Shown here: positions 37,948-47,920 of the stretch, one piece after another
How the letters are laid out: every line of letters starts with the position of its first letter
Position numbering within the stretch: position 1 is the stretch's first letter
DNA from: a virus
Lineage: Duplodnaviria > Caudoviricetes
Strand: one strand, 5' to 3'
IMG/VR virus record: IMGVR_UViG_3300024346_000005
Length of the DNA stretch: 64,000 nucleotides
Translations under genes and position numbers: made by a program
Notes under the pieces: model-generated
Told to the model about the DNA's origin: nothing
Database searches by the model: none
The model's input: only the letters and a program-made list of their open reading frames with translations

Positions 37948-38387
37948 TTTTTGGCAATACCTAATTCGTATTCTGTAATTACCTTAAAAATCCATCCTCT
38001 GTCCTTACAATATTCCCTTGCTGCCTCCCATTTTGATTGATTCTTAGCATACTCATATGCCTCATAGATATATCCTTTGGTCTGCCTTTTTGGTTTGGGT
38101 GGTGGCATCGTTTGTTTATGAGGTTTAATCTCAATCAAATATTTCTTAATACTTCCATCGGGTTCTTTGACTTTTATATAAGCATCAGGAAAATATCTAT
38201 GAATACGACCATCTACCGGAGAACGATAGGGGATGGCAAGTTCTTCGGAGGCATACTCCAAAATATTTACATTCGTATCACAATATTTCAGAAACTTCAA
38301 TTCCCATAGAGACCTGTATATAATATTAGTAGGGTCGCCAACATATTTTTCTGGAAATGATGGTTTAAATTTTCCCTTATAAGACAT
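37944..38387 (-). CDS. gp4: Head completion nuclease
   Basis: YKGKFKP..PEKY.GDP.NI.YRS.WE...W/Y.SEE..IPY.SP.D...HRYFPD...EIKP..QT...NQ.KWEAA..YC...GW.F.VITE. Confidence 0.92.
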   Translation of the reverse strand: MSYKGKFKPSFPEKYVGDPTNIIYRSLWELKFLKYCDTNVNILEYASEELAIPYRSPVDGRIHRYFPDAYIKVKEPDGSIKKYLIEIKPHKQTMPPPKPKRQTKGYIYEAYEYAKNQSKWEAAREYCKDRGWIFKVITEYELGIAKK

Positions 38388-38426
38388 CTAAATACTTATA
38401 CTAATAAGACTCATAAAGGTATTTAG
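38388..38426. promoter_or_regulatory. Crossed divergent late promoters
   Basis: CTAAATA (+) at 38388-94 and TATTTAG (- strand CTAAATA) at 38420-26. Confidence 0.6.
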
Positions 38427-38427
38427 A

Positions 38428-39243
38428 GTGCCTAGTATCCGCAGAATATCCGACTTTAAACCACTCTTCACGAATCTTGCACAGACTTCTCATTATGAAG
38501 TAAGATTTGGTGGTGTAGGACCTCTTGGGGGACCACTAATGGCATATCTTTTTCGTAAAGGAATTAGTCAAAGATTTATTGCCGAAGATGCTGGATTACT
38601 TTGTTTTTCGGCATCTCTTCCAACTACTTCTTTGGCAACTGCTAATGTTAGTGGGAACTTTATGGGTATAACGGAGAAGTTTGCACACACCAGACAATAT
38701 ATTCCAATCAGTCTAGAATTTTATGTAGATAAAAATTATAATGCTCTTAAATTTATGGAAAGTTGGATGGAGTTTATTGCAAGTGGTTCCAATAATCCAA
38801 TTGGAAGTAGTCTTGCTCCAATAGGGCAGAATCGTAAGGATTATATCTCTAGAATGCAATATCCAGAATATTATAAATCTGATAGAACTACAATCACAAA
38901 GTTTGATAGAGATTATAATAGAGAAATAGAATATACTTTTATTGGACTATTTCCATCGGCAATGTCATCAATTCCAGTAAGTTATAGTTCATCAGATATT
39001 CTTAAGATGTCGGTGACTTTTGAGTATGATCGTTATATTGCAGGTAAATCATTAAGTTTGAATGAAATTATTGGCAATAATAATAATCAAATCAATAATC
39101 AAATCAATAATAATAATCAAAGCAATAATCAAAGCAATAATCAAAGAGTTGTTTATAGAACTGGACAATCTCTTGGTGAAAGTGGAGTAAGAGGTACAAT
39201 TCCAAATCAAGGAAGTGTGTTTCCTACGATTTTAAATAATTGA
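38428..39243 (+). CDS. gp54/gp19-like tail-tube-fold protein (tube initiator-like)
   Basis: C.SASLP..SL...R.Y..ISL.FYVD..Y....F.E.W...I...YP..Y...I.KF...F.GLFP......VSY......L...VTF.Y.RY tube-fold pattern. Confidence 0.7.
   Translation: MPSIRRISDFKPLFTNLAQTSHYEVRFGGVGPLGGPLMAYLFRKGISQRFIAEDAGLLCFSASLPTTSLATANVSGNFMGITEKFAHTRQYIPISLEFYVDKNYNALKFMESWMEFIASGSNNPIGSSLAPIGQNRKDYISRMQYPEYYKSDRTTITKFDRDYNREIEYTFIGLFPSAMSSIPVSYSSSDILKMSVTFEYDRYIAGKSLSLNEIIGNNNNQINNQINNNNQSNNQSNNQRVVYRTGQSLGESGVRGTIPNQGSVFPTILNN
39073..39142 (+). repeat. 12-nt imperfect tandem repeat encoding an N/Q tract
   Basis: AATAATCAAATC x2 and AATAATCAAAGC x2 (NNQI NNQI NN NNQS NNQS NNQ). Confidence 0.75.
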
Positions 39244-39279
39244 CCTAAATATCCTTAATGAAGTTTTTATTCAAGTATT

Positions 39280-39999
39280 ATGCCATTACCAAAAATTGCG
39301 GTGCCAACATATGAGTTGGAAGTTCCATCATTAAAAAAGAATATTAAGTATAGACCTTTTCTGGTTAAAGAAGAAAAGATTTTAATTATTGCGATGGAAA
39401 GTGAGGATACAAAACAAATTGCAGAAGCGGTAAAAACCGTAATTTCAAATTGTATTATTACGAAAGGAATCAAGGTAGAGCAACTATCAACTTTTGATAT
39501 TGAATATTTGTTCTTGAATGTCCGTGGAAAGTCAGTTGGAGAGTCGGTGGATGTTTTAATTACCTGCCCCGATGATGGAACCACACAAGTTCCAGTTTCA
39601 ATCAATCTGGATGAAATTAAAGTAAATGTAGATGAAAATCATTCAAAGGATATTAAACTTGATGATGTTCTAACTCTTCGTATGAAATATCCATCTATGC
39701 AGGAGTTCATTAAGAACAACTTTAATAATAATGAATCTGTGAGTGTAGATGATACTTTTGAGATGATTTCTGCCTGTGTAGAGCAGATTTATAGTGAAGA
39801 AGAATCTTGGAATGCTTCTGATACGACTAAAAAAGAACTAAATGAGTTTTTGGAACAACTTACTACTAATCAGTTTAAGGAAATTGAGAAGTTTTTTGAG
39901 ACGATGCCTAAACTTTCTTATACTATTAAATTGAAAAATCCAAATACTGATGTGGAAAGTGAGGTCATACTGGAGGGATTAACATCTTTTTTCGCCTAG
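39280..39999 (+). CDS. gp26: Baseplate hub assembly protein
   Basis: MPLPKI..PTYEL.......I.YRPFLVKEEKIL..A.ES...FDIEY.FL..R.KSVGE...L.GL.SFF. Confidence 0.9.
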   Translation: MPLPKIAVPTYELEVPSLKKNIKYRPFLVKEEKILIIAMESEDTKQIAEAVKTVISNCIITKGIKVEQLSTFDIEYLFLNVRGKSVGESVDVLITCPDDGTTQVPVSINLDEIKVNVDENHSKDIKLDDVLTLRMKYPSMQEFIKNNFNNNESVSVDDTFEMISACVEQIYSEEESWNASDTTKKELNEFLEQLTTNQFKEIEKFFETMPKLSYTIKLKNPNTDVESEVILEGLTSFFA

Positions 40000-40001
40000 G
40001 A

Positions 40002-40175
40002 ATGGCTCATACTTCGTTGGAGTCATACTATAAGACTACATTTCAGTTAATGCAGCATCATAAATATTCATTAACGGAGTTAGAAAATATGTTACCTTGG
40101 GAAAAAGAAGTTTATATTACTCTTCTTTCTCAATATATTGAAGAGCAAAATCTAAAGAACCAGCAGAATGGCTAG
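40002..40175 (+). CDS. gp51: Baseplate hub assembly catalyst (57 aa; not in ORF track)
   Basis: LESYYKTTFQLMQHHKYSLTELENMLPWEKEVYI.LL..YIEE.N motif. Confidence 0.85.
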   Translation: MAHTSLESYYKTTFQLMQHHKYSLTELENMLPWEKEVYITLLSQYIEEQNLKNQQNG

Positions 40176-41901
40176 TCTATCATCTCCAATTGGACCCACT
40201 ATAGATGTTGTGGCAAGAACAGTTTCTCGTTCTGTCATAAGTGGTGGTGCCGGTGGAGGTGGTGGTATTCCTGGTGGAGGTGGAGGAAGAGGTGGTGCTC
40301 TTGCCGTGCAACCTCAGGCAAGTTTAGTTAATGTTGAAAGAAATTTGGAGGTTCAAACTGTCCAAAATGTTCAACAAACTCAAGAGATTTCTGCTCTTAG
40401 AGGTACAGTAGATGCCTTACGAGCAGAAACCACAACTCTAAATAATGGTCTTGGAAATGTTTCTAATCTAATACAGCAAGATAGTGCCGTAGAGAAGCAA
40501 CAGGCATCGGCAGAAGCAGAAAGTGAAAGAAAACTTGCCGAAACAAATATTAGACTGGGGAAAGAATCTCAACTAGAACAAAAAATTACAAATGCTCTGG
40601 CAAAACCTGTTCAGGCTCTGCAGCAGAAAGTTGGTAATATATTTGGAAGAATAGGAGAGGCTCTAACTGCATTATTTGCCGGATGGTTGACTAATCAAGG
40701 AATAGAAGCACTTAAGGCAGCATCAGAAGGAAATAAAAACAAATTAGAAGAAATTAAAGATAATGTTCTTAAACATATTGGATTTGGCGTAGCTGCTATT
40801 GGTGCAATCAAAATAGGATTTGATTTGGTAATCAAAACTATTACTGGTATTACTGGAAAAATAGGTTCAATTTTACTTAAACTTGCCAAAGCTCCTCTAA
40901 AACTTTTAAGAAGTGCTCTTCAAGCTGCTCCATTAGTGGGAGGTCTTTTTGGTGGTCCAAAACCTGGTGGTCCAAAACCTCCTGCTGGACCTGGTGTAAA
41001 ACCTCCAGCATCAGGAAATCCAATTGCAAGAGGTGTGGGTGCAGTTGCCAATTTTGCTGGAAAAGCACTTACTGCTGTTGGTGGTGTTATGGATGCTGCA
41101 TCCGGGCAATATACAGACTCTGCTCTTGCCGCTGGTGCTTTACTTGCTCCCGGAGCACTCAAAATTCCTTTTGGTCTTGCATATGGTCTAGATTCAATTA
41201 GAGAAATGTTTGGTGGTAATATTTTTGGTAAAAATCCAAATGAACCAGAAAAACCACCAACAACACCAGCGGCAAAAGTCTTACCAACAACTCCTAAGGC
41301 AGGAAATCCAAAACCAGCACCAAAACCAGAAACACCACCACCAACAATAGTAGGACCAATAGAAGAACCAGCGGCAGCACCGGCAGCAGTGCAACCACAA
41401 AACTCTATGTTGTCTCAACCAATATCAGAGGCAGCACCAATATCTCAACCACAAACACCGGCAATTCCTCCACCAAGTCCCGAAATGGTGAAAAACTTTG
41501 AGATGGCTTGGAAATATAAAGATAACTCTATGGCAAGAGGAAGAATTGAGTCTGCCTGGAATAATATGACTTATGAACAGCAACAGCAGGCAAAGGAATG
41601 GGCAAAATCAACAGACAAGGATTGGACTGAAATGAAGTTGGTCGAAAAACCACCTACAGTCCAAGCAGTACCACTACCATCAGCACAGGTTCAACCACTT
41701 CCTAAACCCACTCAAAATGTAGGAGAACTTACTGAACCGGCACCGAATGTGGTAATGATGTCATCGGGTCAAAGTAACAATCAACAATCTTCTATTTCAC
41801 AGGCACCAACGAATGGAACCGATACTCCTTTGATTAGTTCTTCTAATCCTGATAATTTTTATGTTCTTTACTCTCAACTGAATTATAATGTGGTGATATA
41901 A
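40168..41901 (+). CDS. Tape-measure/baseplate-hub-like protein (coiled-coil N-half, Pro-rich C-half)
   Basis: Follows gp26/51. Has a heptad-rich segment, A/G-rich hydrophobic helices and a PAP/PKP-rich tail. Confidence 0.6.
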   Translation: MASLSSPIGPTIDVVARTVSRSVISGGAGGGGGIPGGGGGRGGALAVQPQASLVNVERNLEVQTVQNVQQTQEISALRGTVDALRAETTTLNNGLGNVSNLIQQDSAVEKQQASAEAESERKLAETNIRLGKESQLEQKITNALAKPVQALQQKVGNIFGRIGEALTALFAGWLTNQGIEALKAASEGNKNKLEEIKDNVLKHIGFGVAAIGAIKIGFDLVIKTITGITGKIGSILLKLAKAPLKLLRSALQAAPLVGGLFGGPKPGGPKPPAGPGVKPPASGNPIARGVGAVANFAGKALTAVGGVMDAASGQYTDSALAAGALLAPGALKIPFGLAYGLDSIREMFGGNIFGKNPNEPEKPPTTPAAKVLPTTPKAGNPKPAPKPETPPPTIVGPIEEPAAAPAAVQPQNSMLSQPISEAAPISQPQTPAIPPPSPEMVKNFEMAWKYKDNSMARGRIESAWNNMTYEQQQQAKEWAKSTDKDWTEMKLVEKPPTVQAVPLPSAQVQPLPKPTQNVGELTEPAPNVVMMSSGQSNNQQSSISQAPTNGTDTPLISSSNPDNFYVLYSQLNYNVVI

Positions 41902-41902
41902 T

Positions 41903-43864
41903 ATGGCAATCTCATCACCACTTCAATCAAAAGTTCCAACAGGTTCAACAAAAACGATTAGAAAGTTACAGACTATTCTACTCAATAGAACAAAAGTTAA
42001 ACGAGAAATATTTCAAAGGCAAACAATCTTACAAAATCGTAGAATAGAAAATGAAAGAAGAAAACAGAGAGAGGATGAACTTGAGGCACCAAATCTTGTA
42101 ACAAAACCTCGTGGAGCAGCAGGATTAATTGCAGGTAGTGCCAAAGGATTTTTTGAAAGATTGGTGGGATTCCTTAGTTATTTGACCGCAGGATGGATAA
42201 TTAATAATCTACCCACTTGGATTTCGATGGGTAAAGAGTTTATTGCCAGAACTCAACAAATGGGTAAGATACTTGGAAACTTTGTTGGTAATGTTACGAC
42301 CGTATTTACTAAGTTTACAACACTTTTGGGTGCATCTTTACAAAATTTAATGACATTTGATTTTTCTGATACTTCTGGAAGAGTTAAAACTGCTTTTGAT
42401 GACCTAAATTTAAGTGTGGAAAATTGGGGTACTGACTTTGAGAATGCAATCAAATTAATAACAACTCCATTAAGTGAGGGTATTGCTTCTGGAGAGGATG
42501 CCAGACCACTCGGAACTGAAAATACTAATGAGGGTGCCTATGAACGAACTGCACCTTATAGTGGTAGTCAAGGTCCAGAAACATCTGGTGGAAGGGTTAG
42601 TTCGCAAGCAGTATATTCTTATCTTAAAAGTTTAGGAGTTTCTGAAATACACGCTTTAGGTATATTGGCAAATATTCAAGGAGAGAGTGGTTTTCAAATT
42701 GGAGCTCAAGAAAAAGGTGATAGTAAGCAAGGAGTTGGTTTATTTCAATATACATTTCCTAGCCGAAAACAAGCATTTTTAAAAGCAGTTCCTGATTATA
42801 AAACTAACTGGAAAGGGCAGATTGATTTTGCAATAAAGAGTGACCCGAATACTCCGTTATATTTAAGAAAACAGTTTAGTTCTCCGGAACAAGCAGCAGA
42901 TGATTTTATGATACAGTGGGAGAATCCGGATCCAAGAGTTTATGCTGATAGGAGAAAAACACATAATGCTTTTATTAAATCATTCAAACCTGGAAGTTCT
43001 CAATCACAAGCATCTCAACAATCATCTGCACCATCAAGACCAGTATCAACAGGAACTACATCATTAATACCACAAACTGGTGCTGGTGGTTTTCTTCAAG
43101 GTGCTTCTGGAGATGGTAAAGAAGATCAGGGACGTTATGGCGTTCATTTCCATTTAAGCCCACCAAATATGACTGAAGATGGTTATAAAAAAGCTAGGGA
43201 TGTTGCTTTTGCTGCTGTTAAAGCAATGTTGGCTAGAGGTTCTAGGATTCATTTTGGCAATATCAAAGAAGATCTTCTTGCTGGCGCTTCAGATTCTCAA
43301 ATAAAATCAATGATTCTACGTGAGCAAAAAGCTCACAGTAAAAAAGGAAGAACTCAGGGTGGAATAGATCTTCAAGAAATAAATCCAAATGTTGGACCAA
43401 CTATTGCTGGTTTGCCTGGATCTAAAATTGCTTTTCCTCTTGCAGTAGGAAAAGTATCGTCTCTATCTAGTGGAAGTGGATATGGTAGAGAAGCTGAAGT
43501 TCTTGGTAGTGGCGGCGTAACGCTAGCTCACGGAGCAGCGGGATCTACTGCAAGTAATGTTTCGGGAGCATCACCACGGGCACAACTAGCATCTCAATCA
43601 GCAACACCACAAGCAAAACCCCCAACACCAGCACAAATAACACCAACCGGTACTCCACAAAATCCACAAATAAGTCAATCACTAGCACAAGAGAGAACCG
43701 GACCAACCGTGATTGTTTCTCAAAATCCTTCATCACCGGCACAACAAATGATGTCTTCTGGTGGTGGAGGTTCTTCTGGTGGAGGGTCTTCACCAATAAG
43801 TGATTTTGCCTTGTTAAATAATTTTATAAAAAATAAACTTCTACTCGACCTCGCTTACCTATAA
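41903..43864 (+). CDS. Hub/tape-measure-like protein with phage tail lysozyme domain and possible M23-like domain
   Basis: ALGILANIQGESGF...GVGLFQYT...R...Q.DF...AA..F...WE.P (tail lysozyme-like). HFH, H..GIDL and GYG...AHG motifs follow. Confidence 0.7.
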   Translation: MAISSPLQSKVPTGSTKTIRKLQTILLNRTKVKREIFQRQTILQNRRIENERRKQREDELEAPNLVTKPRGAAGLIAGSAKGFFERLVGFLSYLTAGWIINNLPTWISMGKEFIARTQQMGKILGNFVGNVTTVFTKFTTLLGASLQNLMTFDFSDTSGRVKTAFDDLNLSVENWGTDFENAIKLITTPLSEGIASGEDARPLGTENTNEGAYERTAPYSGSQGPETSGGRVSSQAVYSYLKSLGVSEIHALGILANIQGESGFQIGAQEKGDSKQGVGLFQYTFPSRKQAFLKAVPDYKTNWKGQIDFAIKSDPNTPLYLRKQFSSPEQAADDFMIQWENPDPRVYADRRKTHNAFIKSFKPGSSQSQASQQSSAPSRPVSTGTTSLIPQTGAGGFLQGASGDGKEDQGRYGVHFHLSPPNMTEDGYKKARDVAFAAVKAMLARGSRIHFGNIKEDLLAGASDSQIKSMILREQKAHSKKGRTQGGIDLQEINPNVGPTIAGLPGSKIAFPLAVGKVSSLSSGSGYGREAEVLGSGGVTLAHGAAGSTASNVSGASPRAQLASQSATPQAKPPTPAQITPTGTPQNPQISQSLAQERTGPTVIVSQNPSSPAQQMMSSGGGGSSGGGSSPISDFALLNNFIKNKLLLDLAYL

Positions 43865-45207
43865 TGTCAATTAGTAAATCCATATATGAAGAATTAGTTC
43901 TTGAATCAAACGACCAGAAAAGGACGGTTGATATTAAAAATGGAACAATCGCACTCGAATATTTTGAGGATATTTTCTCCCCAACAATTACTGCCAGAGT
44001 CAAGGTGGTTAATACTGGAAATACCATTACATCTTTTAAGGACCAAGACGGAGAAAAGCAATCAATTTATAATGGTCTTCCTCTTCGTGGTGGTGAAAGG
44101 CTCTCAATGAAAATTGCCGGAAATGTTCCGGGAAGAGAATCTTTGGACTTCTCAAATAATCCAAAAAAATATCTTTATGTTTCTAGTATTACCGATGTAA
44201 TCTCAGAAGCACAGCAAGAAAGTTTCACTCTAAATCTAGTTTCAAGAGAGGCAATCACGAATGAAACTTCACGAGTATCAAGAAAATATTCAACATCATC
44301 AAAGATTAGTGAGTCGGTTCGTAAAATATTAACAGATGTTCTAAAAACTGATAGTATCGGAACAATTGATGAGACTTCCAATAAGTATGGATTTATTGGA
44401 AATATGAGAAAACCTTTCACAACATTAATTTGGTTGGCATCTAAAGGTGTTCCAGTAGTTTCTGGAAATGCAACTGCCGGATTTGTATTTTATCAAACTC
44501 AGGATGGATTTCAGTTTCGTGCAATTGATAATTTAATCTCTCAAAAATCAAAGGCAACATATGTTTATAGTCCAACGACAGTTTCTTATAATGATAATAA
44601 TGAAAAAGTTGATAATGAATTTAAGATTCTGAATTATAGTACACAGAAAAATCAAAATTTAATTGAGAAACTTCGTCTTGGTACTTATGCAAGTCAAAGA
44701 ACATTTTTCAATCCTTTAGATTTTACATTTACTGATCCTAAAGAAGGACTGTTTAAATTACAAAATTATTCCAATAAAACTAATAACCTTGGTGGGACAG
44801 ATTTACAACTTCCTAAAATATCTGAGGGATCTGATTTATCTCTCGGAGATGCCCCTTCAAGAATTATTACTGCCATTCTGGATATTGGAACCGTAGAAAA
44901 AGAAGTATCAAAATCTGAAAACGCAGATCCATCATTATATCAATCTCAATCTTTAATGAGATACAATATTCTTTTTACACAAGCTTTGAGTGTAATGATT
45001 CCCGTAAATACTGATTTAAGAGCGGGTGATGTCATCGAGTGCCTATTTCCAAATAATAGTAAATCGGATAAAAGCGAACACGATTCCGAAACAAGTGGTC
45101 TATATATGATTAAGGAACTTTGCCACCATTTTGATGTGAATAATTCCTATACTTCGATGAAATTGCTGAGAGATACTTTTGGAGTCAATAACAAAGAAAG
45201 AAAATGA
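43864..45207 (+). CDS. Baseplate hub protein (gp27/VgrG-N-like)
   Basis: Y.EDIFSPTITA...LPLRGGE...F.FYQTQDGF.FR.ID.L...LRAGD.I...SG.Y.I..L.H.F. Located directly before gp5. Confidence 0.6.
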   Translation: MSISKSIYEELVLESNDQKRTVDIKNGTIALEYFEDIFSPTITARVKVVNTGNTITSFKDQDGEKQSIYNGLPLRGGERLSMKIAGNVPGRESLDFSNNPKKYLYVSSITDVISEAQQESFTLNLVSREAITNETSRVSRKYSTSSKISESVRKILTDVLKTDSIGTIDETSNKYGFIGNMRKPFTTLIWLASKGVPVVSGNATAGFVFYQTQDGFQFRAIDNLISQKSKATYVYSPTTVSYNDNNEKVDNEFKILNYSTQKNQNLIEKLRLGTYASQRTFFNPLDFTFTDPKEGLFKLQNYSNKTNNLGGTDLQLPKISEGSDLSLGDAPSRIITAILDIGTVEKEVSKSENADPSLYQSQSLMRYNILFTQALSVMIPVNTDLRAGDVIECLFPNNSKSDKSEHDSETSGLYMIKELCHHFDVNNSYTSMKLLRDTFGVNNKERK

Positions 45208-47291
45208 TAGACGAATCTTTACTCAAAAGTAATTTTATAGGAAGAGATGGATTCCGTTGGTGGATAGGTCAGATTCCACCGGAGAGTTCTCATGGTGGGC
45301 AAATAAATGGAGCAGGATGGGGAAATAGATTTAAAGTTCGTATTATGGGGTATCATCCTTATAATACGGTAGAACTTCCGAATGAAGATTTACCATGGGC
45401 ACAGTGCTTATTACCAACAACTTCAGGAACTGGAGCAGGAAATAATGCAACTACGGTAAAAGTATCTCCAGGAGATACTGTATTTGGATTCTTCCTAGAT
45501 GGAGATAATGCTCAGATTCCAGTTATTATGGGATGTTTTGGAAGAACTTCACAAGTTCCTTCCGGAGATTATGCCGGACCTTTTATACCTTTTACTGGAT
45601 ATACTGGTAAGGTTAAAAAACCAAATGGTACACTGAAACCTGACCAATCACTTGAACAAAATGCAAAATCTCAAAAGTCTCCAAGAAGTGTTTCACCACA
45701 ACAAGCAGAAGCAATTGCAGATGATGAGATTTCTTCCTTTAGTGCAATTGGTGATAAAATTCTACTTGGAAATACGGTAAATAATACTATTATTGGTAAA
45801 ATATCTACTGAGGTTGGTAATTTACTGAATAAGATTAAGGCACCGGCAATCTTTACAAATATTGCAAATGAAATTACTCGTGTAACCGATAAGATACAGG
45901 CAATTACAAATGGTCTTGTTGGTAATATGGTTAATGGTTTATACAAAGGTATGATACCAATATTGAATAGTGGTCTTCAATTACTTTATAATTCAGTTTA
46001 TAGTATAGTTCTGGCAGCAACTCAAAATCCTGCTGCTGCTCATCTTGCTGGTGTTGCCGCACAAACTGCGATGGTTAATCCAATTAAGGCAGTAGAACAG
46101 GCAATTCCTTGTGTTGCCGGTGCAATCATAAGTGGTCTTGGAAGTCTCATAGAAGAGATACTTAATTCTGTAGTTGATAATGTTCAAAATTTTGTGTCTT
46201 GTGCCGCAAATCAATTTACTGGAGTACTCGTTAATGATATTATTGGTAAAATATCAAGCGGATTGAGTGCCTCACTTGGAGGAATCCAGACAATTTTAGA
46301 ATTTACTCCATCATTTAGTGTTGATGGATTTTTGCGTAATAGTGTAGATTCAATCAAAGGTCTTGTTGGACTATTTGATTGTAATCAGAGTAAAGGAAAA
46401 TCTAATGGTATTGTTGATGAATGGATAATTGGTTGCGGACCGACAAATGCACCTACACCTAATTTTGATGAAATTTTAGAAAATGCAAATGTTACTAATG
46501 CAATAGCAACTGCTGGTGATGTATTAGGTGGAATACAAGGTGCTATTGGAGCAGTTACTGATATTGTTGGTGGAGTTGCGGGTGCATTTAGTGCAATAAA
46601 CAACATTCCAAATCAAATTGGTGGTTGTTATACCGGACCACCACTATTTTGTAGTGCTCCTGTGGTGACTATTTTTGGTGGAGGTGGAACAGGAGCAACT
46701 GCAATACCATTAATTGGGGCAATTTCTGGTTCAACCGGAAGTGTTATTGGTGCAAAAGTAACAAATGGAGGTTCTGGATATAGATTCCCACCATTCGTGG
46801 AGATTAGAGATAATTGTAATCAAGGATATGGTGTCGTTGCCAGAGCAACTATTAATGATGCCGGAGAAGTTGATTCGGTTTATATTGTATCCGAAGGAGA
46901 AAATTATCCAACGGGAGATTTATATGATAATTCAGTATCTACAACTGCAAACACAGTAATTAATAATTCAACCGAAAATCAGACACAATCATTAATTGCC
47001 AGAAATTATAGTGTGAATAAGATTCTTATTCAAAATCCAGGTCAAAATTATATTGGGGGAGTCGGTGGAGACACGGCAACAGATCAATTTGATAATGAAT
47101 ATTCTATTGAAATATTTGAGGGATCTATTACTAAGATACAACCAATAAATACTATAGTTATTGTGAACGATCTTCCAATAATTACCATTAAATCTGATAC
47201 TGGTTCTGGTGCTATATTACGACCCATACTAGATACACCGCCAGCAGAGTTCCAAGGTGAAGTAAAACAAGTAATAGATTGTGTAACATAA
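45204..47291 (+). CDS. gp5: Baseplate central spike, N-terminal OB-fold part (no T4-type lysozyme domain seen)
   Basis: GRDGFRWWIGQ...R.KVRI.GYH...LPWA...PT...G..VFGFFLDG..AQ.P.IMG. Confidence 0.85.
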   Translation: MIDESLLKSNFIGRDGFRWWIGQIPPESSHGGQINGAGWGNRFKVRIMGYHPYNTVELPNEDLPWAQCLLPTTSGTGAGNNATTVKVSPGDTVFGFFLDGDNAQIPVIMGCFGRTSQVPSGDYAGPFIPFTGYTGKVKKPNGTLKPDQSLEQNAKSQKSPRSVSPQQAEAIADDEISSFSAIGDKILLGNTVNNTIIGKISTEVGNLLNKIKAPAIFTNIANEITRVTDKIQAITNGLVGNMVNGLYKGMIPILNSGLQLLYNSVYSIVLAATQNPAAAHLAGVAAQTAMVNPIKAVEQAIPCVAGAIISGLGSLIEEILNSVVDNVQNFVSCAANQFTGVLVNDIIGKISSGLSASLGGIQTILEFTPSFSVDGFLRNSVDSIKGLVGLFDCNQSKGKSNGIVDEWIIGCGPTNAPTPNFDEILENANVTNAIATAGDVLGGIQGAIGAVTDIVGGVAGAFSAINNIPNQIGGCYTGPPLFCSAPVVTIFGGGGTGATAIPLIGAISGSTGSVIGAKVTNGGSGYRFPPFVEIRDNCNQGYGVVARATINDAGEVDSVYIVSEGENYPTGDLYDNSVSTTANTVINNSTENQTQSLIARNYSVNKILIQNPGQNYIGGVGGDTATDQFDNEYSIEIFEGSITKIQPINTIVIVNDLPIITIKSDTGSGAILRPILDTPPAEFQGEVKQVIDCVT

Positions 47292-47292
47292 A

Positions 47293-47919
47293 ATGGCAGA
47301 AAGACCTTTTGATAAACAAAACTGGCAGGGAAGAAGTCTAACAAGCTTTGGACCGAAGTTCAGAATAGATATGAATAACCCTCAAATGGGTTGTAATGGT
47401 ACTGAAGTTTATAATCTTTATGCCGTAACTAATAATAATGATGTCTGTCTTACTGGATTGACTGAAGGTGGAAATTACAGACTATATAATGACCGATCAA
47501 TAGAAATTATTGCCGGGCAAAAAAGTGAGTCAAATGGTGTAGATATTATTATTAGTGGGAGAAATGGTGATGTTTGTATAACTGCAGAAAAAAATGGAAG
47601 AGTAAGAATTCGTGCTCAAAATATTATGATTGATGCAGATGAAGATGTAGATATTAAAGCAGGAAGAAATATTACATTAGATTCTGGTTCGGGAAGAATC
47701 TTACTCAAAGCAAATAAGGCAGACTGTGATGCACTAACCGGAAATCTGGCACCAAAAAATACCAATTGGGGTGCTCAAGTCTTTGCCGGAACATTTGTTG
47801 GTTCTGATGTTCTTGATGCAGCATTTAATATTGCTGATGTCTTCGTTGAAAGTGGTGAGATCGGAGGCATCGGTGGCAGTGGCATCATTGGTAATATAAC
47901 TTCAATTGTGGGTTTATGA
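47293..47919 (+). CDS. gp5 C-terminal-like beta-helix/spike protein
   Basis: Alternating hydrophobic strands (IEIIAG, DIIISG, VCITA, VRIRAQNIMIDADEDVDIKAGRNITLDSG), directly after gp5. Confidence 0.55.
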   Translation: MAERPFDKQNWQGRSLTSFGPKFRIDMNNPQMGCNGTEVYNLYAVTNNNDVCLTGLTEGGNYRLYNDRSIEIIAGQKSESNGVDIIISGRNGDVCITAEKNGRVRIRAQNIMIDADEDVDIKAGRNITLDSGSGRILLKANKADCDALTGNLAPKNTNWGAQVFAGTFVGSDVLDAAFNIADVFVESGEIGGIGGSGIIGNITSIVGL

Positions 47920-47920
47920 A

